Positions 53,775-64,000 of a DNA stretch of 64,000 bases are shown one piece after another. This DNA is from Octopus sinensis (lineage: Eukaryota). Positions within the stretch are counted from its first letter, which is position 1. Each line of letters opens with the position of its first letter. The stretch lies in assembly GCF_006345805.1 (NCBI RefSeq), contig NC_043021.1, forward strand, positions 22,320,001 to 22,384,000, in the 5' to 3' direction. Below the pieces are notes generated by a model. That model saw nothing but the letters and a program-made list of their open reading frames with translations. It was not told the DNA's origin and did no database searches. The position numbers were made by a program, and so were the translations under genes.

Positions 53775-54144
53775 GTATGTATATAAATATAAAATTATTA
53801 ATGTGTCAAGTCTAAAAGACTCTTTGAATTTTACTGCCAGAATAATCTTTCCATTAAGTCTAACGAATATTTATTTCCATTACGAGCAGCAGAAAATCAA
53901 ACAATGCGAATCTAAAAAGAGAAGTTTCTAACCTGCCAGCAGTACTACTAGAAATAACAGCCAAAATGGCATAAGCGCACACCTTATTTTCTTATCCAAT
54001 TTCATTCCAATCTATATAAAATCGCCGTTGGTTCTATGATACAACATTTTTTTTTTATTAAAACCTTCCCGCAAAATTTCATGCTTGTGTTCGAAGCACC
54101 ATTAAGAAGCTTACCACCAAAGACTATCAAACTATGATCAGAGG

Positions 54145-54385
54145 TTCTTCTCGAGCCATAAGCTCATAAGGCCGGTTTCCTGGACTCTGTAGTGTGTATA
54201 CTCTGTACTTGGATGGGACGCCCGTGCATCGCAAGTTTACTCACTTTTGGCAGCGGAGTTTACTGGGGTAACATGAAATGAAGCGTTTCGCTCACGAACA
54301 AAAATACTTACTCCGGTTCAGAAATCAAAACCGCAATCATACAATCATAAGCTCAGCACCCAAAATACGGATCCTCGCGCCTTCA
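54145..54385 (-). mobile_element. Decayed SINE (family D; 3' end shared with 3490-3768)
   Basis: ttcttctcgagcc...gctcataaggccggtttcc...ggatgggacgcccgtgcatcgca...aacatgaaatgaagcgtttcgctca...cgcgccttcac. Confidence 0.65.
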
Positions 54386-55633
54386 CCAAAATAATAAAAC
54401 TAAATGAGAATTCTTTAAAGCATTATGCCTTTACCACAATGTGATCTTCACAAAAGACTGATTCAACGTGTATGTCTATTGAATTATTTTCTTTTTACCA
54501 TGGTACGTTTTAGTTGTGGTGGTTAGGGTTACGAAATAAAAAATAAAAAAGCGAACCCTTTTGTAGTTGGGAAACTGCGTTGAATTATTCCTTTGGGTAA
54601 CTTAAAGAGCTGAGTTCAAAATTGTTCACCGTCAACTTTACATTTTCATCCTGTTGGCACAGTTAAAATTAAGTAACAGTCAAATACTTGGTCTCTGGTG
54701 CTGACTAAAGTGCTCTCCTTAATTTTCTTCACGTATGCACTTAATTAGAAACTCACCTTATAAATATCATAGTTTTTTTTTGTACTAGTATTCCTTCATA
54801 TTCTTCTCAATTCCCATTTTAATTTTATTTCTTCCAATTTTCTTACACATTTCATTTTTCTTTCGTATACTATACCTTCTTCATCATCATCATCATCATC
54901 ATCGTCTTCTTCTTCTTTTTCTTCTTCTTCTCCTCCTTCTTTTCCTCTCCTTTTTTCCTTTGTTCCTTGTTCCTTCTTTTCTTCTTTTCTTATTCTTTCT
55001 CCATTCTTTACATTGTTCTCATCTAGCCCTTCCAACTCCTTCTTCTTACTCATTCTCTCCCCCTCCTGTTTTCTTCTCCTCCTATTCGTTCGCCTTCCTC
55101 TTTCTCTTCCTTTATATTCTTTCGCTTATTCTTCTCTTCCATCTTATTCCTCCTTCGGTTTTTCCTCACTTCTCCCTTTTTTCTCTTTTTGCCCTGTCAA
55201 GCCTTGTTATCATGTCTTCCGTATGAACTACATTTAAGTAGAAATGTATTTATTTTTACGCGAAACACTAACGCAAAAGTACTTTATTTTATTCTTGCAG
55301 TTTTTCTTTTTCCTTTTGCTTATTCCATTTTTTTTTATGCGGTTGAAGAAAAAACAATTCTTTATGAAAAGAAATTAGTTTCTTCATTTCTGAATTGTCA
55401 AAATGGCGTCTTGTAGCGGTATGGTCTATAAATCTAGAACTATAGCAAACACATTTCTCGACATTGTAAATAATGAAAAAAACAATTTGCTTTGAAGAAA
55501 ATAACGTAAGATTGAAAATGAAGTTACGACTTCTCTACGAATATTTACAGTAAGAATAGCCTTAGCTACTCGCGTAATAATAATAACAATAATAATAATA
55601 ATAATAATAATAATTATTATTATTATATTATTA

Positions 55634-55685
<52 letters not shown>

Positions 55686-56514
55686 ACAACAACAACAATA
55701 ATAATAATAATAATACCAATACAATTTTAGTTTCTCATCAGCATTGGAAGGTTTGCTGGCTCGCCCTGTGTCACAGAGGTCTAGTTATTTAAAAATTCAT
55801 GAATCGTTTTTCCCTTGCTGACTCTCTGTCTCAGAATAGTACGAGGCATTTAAATATTCACATCGCTCTGTCTGAGAATAGTACATTGTATTTAAATATT
55901 CATATACCGTTTTTCCCTTTTGCCTGGCCCTATCCTGGCAGCTTGTGCTAATGGTATCGTAAGCAGGAAATTAAAGACTCGGTATGATCATTTCTTTACT
56001 TTTTTTTACATGTACAATAACAGTATAAATCCTTTTTTTTTGTATTTGCTTTCTTGTATTTCCTCAACAAATTTCATATGATAATTTAAATTTATATTGG
56101 GTCTTACTTATATCTTCCACATTGAAAATGTGCAGGATTTTCGGCGGTGTCTCCTCTCAGCTCCAACATCACCATCTATGCCGGAAATCTTGAGAAGGAT
56201 TGTGGTAAGGAATTGTGGGGAAATAGTGATAGTGAGAGTAAAAGTGTCAGTGTCAGTACAAATAATAATGAGAGTGGTAGTAGTTGTGGCGAGGATGGGA
56301 ATATTAATTATTATAACTAGAGTAGCAATGATATTGAAAAATAATACTAAGTTAAACGTGTTAAACCAAGCAGTAATGGTGAGTAATAGCGAGGAGAGGG
56401 GAATCTCTGTTCTATAGTTTGTAATTGTTTTTCTTTTGCTGGTTTAGCGAGAAGGTCCGGCAATATTCTGCTGTCGGTGAATGTGTTTTGTAATTAGGTT
56501 TAAGAATAAACATA

Positions 56515-56940
56515 ATAGGCGCAGGAGTGGCTGTGTGGTAAGTAGCTTGCTATAGGCGCAGGAGTGGCTGTGTGGTAAGTAGCTTGCTAACCAGCCACAT
56601 GGTTCCGGGTTCAGTCCCACTGCGTGGCATCTTGGGCAAGTGTCTTCTGCTATAGCCCTGGGTAGACTAATGCCTTGTGAGTGGATTTGGTAGACGGAAA
56701 CTGAAAGAAGCCTGTCGTATATATGTATATATAATAAGTGTGTGTATGTGTTTGTCCCCCTAGCATTGATTGACAACCGATGCTGGTGTGTTTACGTCCC
56801 CGTCACTTAGCGGTTCGGCAAAAGAGACCGATAGAATAAGTACTGGGCTTACAAAGAATAAGTCCTGGGGTCGATTTGCTCGACTAAAGGCAGTGCTCCA
56901 GCATGGCCGCAGTCAAATGACTGAAACAAGTAAAAGAGTA
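56515..56940 (+). mobile_element. SINE family A with a perfect 37-bp tandem duplication of its 5' end
   Basis: ataggcgcaggagtggctgtgtggtaagtagcttgct occurs at 56515-56551 and again from 56552. Confidence 0.92.
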
Positions 56941-56989
56941 AAATATTATACTAATGATCGGTTTGTCGGCGACAAAATCGGTCAAACCA

Positions 56990-57860
56990 CCAAGCGAGCT
57001 TGTTGTGGACGATGGCAATAAAATTATATAATAGGAGCAAATTTGTTGGGTTTTTTTCTTTTTCTTATGAACTCTTTCATGGACATAGTTCCATAACTTT
57101 TCTATCGCATAAAATCCGGGCTCTGCGTAAGACACTCAATAACCGCCATAGTATTGCGCTCAAAATATTGCAAAACTTTCCTAGCCTAATAAACGGGACA
57201 ATTTCCATAATGGAAAATAGATCCCGATGACATCTGTTTATTTAGATACGGCTGCATAGTTTCATTTATTAATCGCAGGTAACCTACACTGTTCAGTCTG
57301 CTATCAACCGTAACAAATGGACTAATATATATGCTGCTGTACAAGGCCCACACCATTACCCGTCCCTTCCACTTGCGCCGTTTTCTTGACGCACTTAGGA
57401 TAGAATTTTCCTTTCTCAGGCGTCTAATATAAGTCATTCAGTCTGATCCAGATATGCCGAAGCGGGATTCGTCGCTCCAAAGAACTTTTGACCAGTTTTC
57501 AGCCGTCCATTCTATATGGGTTTTAGCAAAATTGATCTGCTTTCGTCTCAGAAATTATAGGGTTCTTTCGAGCGATCTGGCTGAGCAGTCCACATACCTT
57601 TAGGCACTTTCAGACAGCTTGTGGTGTAAAGCTGATGTAAGTTTCATCAGATAATTGCTTGCCAATGTCTACTGCTGTTAGAATTCTGTTAACTTCAGAG
57701 AGCCCATAAATTCGCCGATCCATCTGTACTGTTTTTTTTCTGGGAGTTCCCGTTCTTTGCCAAACTTTGTATTGGCCAGTGGTTTGGTAAAGTGTCCATG
57801 CTTGAATACAAATCGATTTGCTGCATCCTAATCGCTTGCTAGTGTTTATGATGAACTCAC
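56990..57860 (-). pseudogene. Decayed Tc1-family transposase, nearly full length
   Basis: Manual translation: LGCSKS...RTGTPRK...MDRRI (HTH); FAKTHIEWTAENWSKVLWSDESRF; VMVWA; SPDF..AIEKLWNYVHERV. Multiple stops and frameshifts. Confidence 0.88.
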
Positions 57861-58489
57861 TTTATTGATGAAGCAACACGGTCTTTGATCTAGTAACTGG
57901 ACTTATGCTACGACAGTTTCCCATAGCAAATTAATGTGTAACAATGTTCGATTATTAAGCAAAACAGTGCAGTACATCCAGCCATATGACCACCCCGTAG
58001 GTTTGTTAATCTTTGTACGATCTTAAACGTATTTTGCCGACAGTATCTAATCCTCTGAATTAATTGCCCATTAGAATTATTGGAATTGTAGAAAGGTGTA
58101 TAAAGTCTAGATCATTCGAGAAAAGAAAACAATTCTACATAAACTGTAAAAAGTAAAATAATTTTATCCAGTTTTGTTAAAAATACATTGATTAAAGAAT
58201 AGAATTGTCATCATCGGTCTTAAACTTATTTTGGACAGTTTATATATTGTAGCTGTAGATTCTTTGAGCCTTAATTGGTAATTCAGTGCTGATGTCATGA
58301 TAAAAACTACTGGGGATTGCACAACCTTGTGGATACTACTTCAGAATGAGTGATGTTACGTTCAAGTAAGAATCATAACTGCGTTAACGGGACCGGAACT
58401 GTTAACAACGAAGGTGTGGCGCATGGCAAGCAAGGAGTGTCTCACCAAGATCCGGCAGGTCGTTATCAAATCTTTGATGAGAAGCGCAA

Positions 58490-58740
58490 TCGATATCAAA
58501 AGTACAGAAGGATGAAAGTGAAATGGGAAAATGAAGTAAATAAGATTGTGATTATAACATTGGCTGAGAAATGTTTCAATTAAAAGAGATTTCATGAAAT
58601 GAATGATGAGAATATGCGATGGAAAGAGAGTTTTATAAGCTTCCGCCGAACGATTAATAGGCCAGGAAATGGCAATTAGTATAAATGACTGGAATACAGT
58701 ATAAGAGGTTGGAGAAATTCAGATCAGAATAAAAGAAAGG
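58490..58740 (+). pseudogene. Decayed N-terminal region of an R4/Dong-like non-LTR ORF
   Basis: RRMKVKWENEVNKIVI...ERLIGQEMAISINDW...EVGEIQIRI resembles the KW..E.NK.VM / EQRL.DQ.R.I..NGW motif pattern I recall for this clade. Confidence 0.45.
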
Positions 58741-59175
58741 AACAAGGAGTGTGTGAAACAGCAGTAGCGGTGAGCCGAAAAATCTAACCACTAATCTACT
58801 CGCTTTCCCTGGAGTAGAAACTTCATTTCATAATGTTTGTCCATGCAGCACAAGGACGAACAGGTCCCAGTTTCCAGACCATCACTCGTCACAGTTATGG
58901 AATTGGCAAAGAAGGTTAGCTTATGTCAGAAACTAAAATCAAGTAAATGGCAGAGGAAGTAGCGAAATATCTTCATGTCATGCAACACATACATTTAAAT
59001 TGATAGGGTTTATCTAGCAATGTCGACAGTACTTGACAGCACAATCTTTTGGATTTCTCTGAGACATGGTTCTCCTGGGATCTTCTCTAGATGTCTCTCA
59101 CATCCCTTTTTATCATACCTCTAGCACCTACAATAATAATGATGATGATGGTAATGATTATTATTATTATTATTA

Positions 59176-59269
<94 letters not shown>

Positions 59270-59344
59270 ATTATTATTATTACTATTATTATTATTATTA
59301 TTATTATTGTTATAATTATTATTATTATTATTATAATTTAAGAC

Positions 59345-59577
59345 TAGCACATTATCCGATACCGTGGTATTGGTTGAAGATATTGTGACCACCGGGGCTT
59401 TGTACTGTTTGTCAAGTCACAACAAGGGCTTCAGACAAACAGTAGTTTACCCAATACACGTGCAGTATCAAGTAATGCCGATATTTTCAATACACCTAGC
59501 TTGCAGGGTATTCCTAAACTTTCCTGATGTTTCTTCATATTGTGTGATAATGAACCCAATGCTCCGATGACAATTAT
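59345..59577 (-). mobile_element. R4/Dong-type non-LTR 3' end in a (TTA)n array
   Basis: 59431-59577 translates IIVIGALGSLSHNMKKHQESLGIPCKLGVLKISALLDTARVLGKLLFV*, matching the PIVIGALG...QKSALLGTA.ILRKVL C-terminus. A short 3' UTR and (AAT)n follow. Confidence 0.75.
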
Positions 59578-59631
59578 TTATTATTACGTGCCCCGGTGTT
59601 ATTTTTCATTATTATTATTATTATTATCATT

Positions 59632-59701
<70 letters not shown>

Positions 59702-59703
<2 letters not shown>

Positions 59704-59828
59704 GAAAACTCACTGTTTATCTTGCTGGGTTTGGTGTAAAGTGTCGGCTGTTCAAGGTGACACTTGTTTACTGGTCATGCTGCCAAGAACCCTGCGAAGA
59801 ATTCTTGCCGTTCCAGGCAATGCTGATT
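59702..59828 (-). mobile_element. Second R4/Dong-type 3' end (different subfamily)
   Basis: Translates SALPGTARILRRVLGSMTSKQVSP*, followed by a short UTR running into (AAT)n. Confidence 0.7.
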
Positions 59829-59832
59829 ATTG

Positions 59833-60217
59833 TAGGAGGCGCAATGGCCCAGTGGTTAGGGAAGCGGACTCGCGGTCGTAGGATCGAGGTTTCGATTCCT
59901 AGACCGGGCGTTGTGAGTGTTTATTGACCGAAAACACCTAAAGCTCCACGAGGCTCCGGCAGGGGATGGTGGTGATCCCTGCTGTACTCTTTCACCACAA
60001 CTTTCTCTCACTCTTACTTCCTGTTTCTGTTGTACCTGTATTTCAAAGGGCCGGCCTTGTCACTCTCTGTGTCACGCTGAATATCCCCGAGAACTACGTT
60101 AAGGGTACACGTGTCTGGGGAGTGATCAGCTACTTACACGTTAATTTTACGAGCAGGCTGTTCCGTTGATTCGGATCAACCGGAACACTCGTCGACGTAA
60201 CCGACGGAGTGCTTCCA
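59833..60217 (+). mobile_element. SINE family B, full length
   Basis: Near-identical to 32158-32543. Confidence 0.92.
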
Positions 60218-60974
60218 TCGATTTTTCTAGGTGTTCTACCTTCTCGCTTTCACCCATCTTTTTCAGCCATGCTGTTAGTTGTGTGCTTTTGATACCACCT
60301 CATATTATCATCTTGTTTACTGGTAATGGGCGCAGTAGTGATCGCTGCAGTTGTGTGTATGTGTGTATTTTTTTTTGCTGCTGCTTCTGCTGCTGGTGCT
60401 ATTGTTGATGTAGATATATTGTTGCGGGTGATATTTGGCAACCGTTGACAAAATGCTGGAATTCCTCCATAAAAAATATACAATGATTCAGTAATCATTT
60501 CTGCTCGATTTATTGAAAACATGTTCGTAAGAAGCAAAGAGTTTATCACTCCACTCCACTATGTTATTGTCCCGTATTCCCTAAATAACATCAGAAAATA
60601 AATGTGTGGAAGTTAGAACTATACGCGTACCCATCAATTTCAGGTAAAGAGAGTTTTTGTTACGCTTTAATCATCCCTTCCATATATTCATACAGCATCA
60701 ACGAACAATCCAGCTGTAGGAAAAATAATTATATTTTCAATCATCAACAGACCACTGATTTTGACAAGCCTTTCATTGTGCGGCCAGTCAAAACGCCCGT
60801 AGTAGAATTACGCCGGAAATAACTGGGGGGAAAAATACGCGCCATTCTAATTGTGCTCACGTTCGGCGGCCGTTTTTGTTGTTGTTTCGTGAATTACAAC
60901 AACGTGGCTCCCAAACACGTCAGAATGAATAACAAACACATTAAAATACAAATACCACATCGCAAATATTCTTA

Positions 60975-61261
60975 TAACTACCCCCACTACTACTACTACT
61001 ACTACAACTACTACTAATACTACTACTACTACTGCCACTGCTGCTGCTGCTACTACTACTACTACTACTACTACCACTACTAATACTAATACCACCACCA
61101 CCACTACCACTACTAGCAACATCTTTACTACTATTACTAATGATGATAACAATAAGAATATTAATAATAATATTAATAATAATAATAATAATAATAATAA
61201 TTATGATAATAGTAATAATAATAATAATAGTAAAATAGTAATAATAATGATGATGATGATA

Positions 61262-61323
<62 letters not shown>

Positions 61324-61335
61324 CCATAATAATAA
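60975..61335. repeat. Compound (TAC)/(TGC)/(TAA)n array
   Basis: Direct inspection. Confidence 0.92.
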
Positions 61336-61392
61336 TAATAAAACAACCATAATTTTCGGTTAAAAAAAAAAAAAAAAAACTTTTTTTTTTAG

Positions 61393-61540
61393 ACATTCAT
61401 TAGTACAACATCCCCACCCCCCAAATATATGGCACACTAGGCATAACAACAACATGAACTTCCAACCCTGTTGTCTCTTGAGGTCTCTGGGTGAGACTTG
61501 GAGCCAACTTGTACAAATATAAAGCAAAAGTCAAACATAG
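61393..61540 (+). mobile_element. Second copy of the (TAA)n-associated non-LTR 3' end
   Basis: Homologous to 15030-15176 and ends aaacatag(aat)n. Confidence 0.65.
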
Positions 61541-62758
61541 AATAATAATAATAATAATAATAATAATTGTTGTTTTGGTGTTGTTAGGGTGGTGAGCTAC
61601 TAAAACCGTTAGCACGCCGATATGTGCATCTGTGATCACGAGTGGATGTAGTGGGGGAGCATCATAGCCATGTGACCGAACGTACTCCTTCTAGCCTCCG
61701 AATTTTTACAATTATTTATTTAAATTATATATTCACACACAACAGTTGACCAAACGCAAATCAGGAAGTATGTATAATACTACACCTGGATAGTACCATA
61801 ACTATATATGTGTGTGTTTGTGTGTCTGTGTTATACACACAGACATTCATTTTTACATCATTGAATGCCTATGAAATATATATGAATATGCATGTCTCCG
61901 CAGATGCATTAATGAAGACAGCGAACGATTGCAAGCAGGCCTGTTCATATGCATATACATACATATATACATACACACCGAACTACCTAGCTGAATACTT
62001 TTGTGTTTTGATTTTAGAAACTGAAACCTACATTGAAAACGTGGCTCAGGTTACAGATCAACGTCTAGTTTCAAATATTGTGTCACCCCATGAATGAATA
62101 TCCTCTTATTCGTTGTAAACAAACTTGTAAATAATGAACTTAATTTAACTCATAAACGAGCATGGAAGTGTTTACATAGCAAACCAACTGATCAGTTAAA
62201 TAGACCGTTTTATTAGAAATCTGCTAATATTTAACAAGAATCCTACGGAAGTTTAGTCTTGCAAAGCCTGTAACACCCGAGCAAACAAAAGCTTTAATTA
62301 CGGACAAATTCTTGTGATTAGTATCGTTCTCATATTTCATCTTGATCTTCGAAAATCATTTAAAAATCGTTGGCTTTCTTGGACGGACAATGCGAAATAA
62401 ATTCTTTTGAGGATTTATTAGAATATTGACCAGAGCTACAATATTCATTTTGTTCACTTCACATGAAAGACATTCGTTCGGTTTCTTCTCTTCTTTATTT
62501 TCTTTTGCCCAATATAAACTTAGTTACCGATCTATGAATACTTTACACTAACTGACATTATTCGTCTCCTTTGATTATTTTCTCTTAATCTGCCTATTTT
62601 TGTATGTTTTATATTGGCCATGCTCTTGTAAACAACGGGGTCGGATTTTATAGGTTTCCAATAAAGCATTTATTGATCAACTGCAATTCTGATGACAACG
62701 AAGTTCACAACCATTATTTGTGTACTACGCGCTCTATACTGTGCGTATGATATATATA

Positions 62759-62811
<53 letters not shown>

Positions 62812-62820
62812 CACTCTCTT

Positions 62821-62853
<33 letters not shown>

Positions 62854-62883
62854 ATATATATATATTTATATATATATATATAT

Positions 62884-62926
<43 letters not shown>

Positions 62927-63459
62927 TACATATACATATACATATATATGTAAAATTATATAAACGAATCTTCCTCAGTTGTACGTATTTGCAGGCAATC
63001 AAAACTCCATTATACATTTAGAACTTTGCAAATATTCCACATTTGTGTGTGAAGTCTTTTCCAACTGAGATTATGGCAGGCACTACGTGGACTGAACTCA
63101 TTAAGATACCTATAAATATTTCTTAAGTTACGTCAAGGAATCATCTACGGTACATTTGCCATACATGTAGAAATTTACAGGCAAATAATGTAGGTCGACT
63201 TAAGCACCAAAACAAATTTGGAGGAACCGACTTCCATGTGTAAATGCTGTAGGATTTGAAAATATAGTGACCCTGTTTTAACGATCCCACTACATACTTA
63301 CACTGTATGATATGTCATTTTTATGTCAAAAATATGGCAAATACCTCTGAATCTGTGAAGAATTCATTTCTTAATTTTGAAGGAGCATAATAACACTGTC
63401 AAAGGATCTACGGTCCTCCGAAATCGTAACCAATAAGGTCGGATTTTGTGGTGGATACA

Positions 63460-63610
63460 TACTCGACTGCTCGAATGGACAGCGGTCCATCGCAGGATTA
63501 CTCATTGTTCAAGTTGAGAGGAAAGAACCAAAGTAAAATTACTTTGCTCACGAAAACAACACATGGCCCGGTCCAGGTATTGAAACGAAGCCAATGCAAT
63601 TAAATGCTCT
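63460..63610 (-). mobile_element. Decayed SINE family D-like fragment
   Basis: gaatggacagcggtccatcgcagg...tttgctcacgaaaacaacac...cccggtccaggtattgaaac, similar to 54200-54330. Confidence 0.5.
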
Positions 63611-64000
63611 AATCTTTCCTGTCTGGAAAGAAAAATAAAACTTCTACCCCACCCTTCTCGCGGTCTCATGATTAAAACAAATACAGGATTACACACACAA
63701 ATACAAATAAACACTCACACATTTGCACAGTGTGACAATTTGAATGTAACGATTTAACGTATAAGTCGAACTTTAGTTAAGACGAGGTTAAGAATTCATG
63801 AATTTATCTTATATCTGCTAAATATTTCACGACTGCTTAATTACAAAACCATTTATGCACAGGCTAGCTTTTGCAACAAACAGTTATCTTTAGAAATATC
63901 GGTCATGTAAATATGATGTTATTACAAAAGTATGTCTTTTTTTACTTACTGTATCATTAGAAATTAAGATAAATGTAGTAAAAAAATCGGTTTCTATGTC

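Overview
AT-rich, microsatellite-saturated eukaryotic DNA with one 100-N scaffold gap (7881-7980). The SINE families and repeat landscape are most consistent with a coleoid cephalopod (Octopus); this is recognition from memory, not a database search. No known host gene is recognisable. Nearly all ORFs in the track are microsatellite read-throughs, apart from one 192-aa low-repeat orphan ORF (1540-2118) that has a partial upstream paralog. The window is dominated by mobile DNA: several tRNA-derived SINE families, decayed Tc1, mariner and DD37D transposases, two hairpin MITEs, R4/Dong-type 3' ends in (TAA)n arrays, and Penelope-like elements (PLEs). The most striking structure is an ~8.5 kb fold-back at 40358-48865. 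Two ~4.1 kb arms point outward around a 208 bp spacer, and each arm carries a PLE RT + GIY-YIG ORF, ~2.4 kb of microsatellite-rich cargo and a terminal type I hammerhead ribozyme. Both ends sit in (TA)n. Two further hammerhead motifs mark other PLE ends (8649-8732; degenerate at 40220-40257). All alignments, translations and folds were done by eye, so coordinates are approximate unless a motif is quoted.
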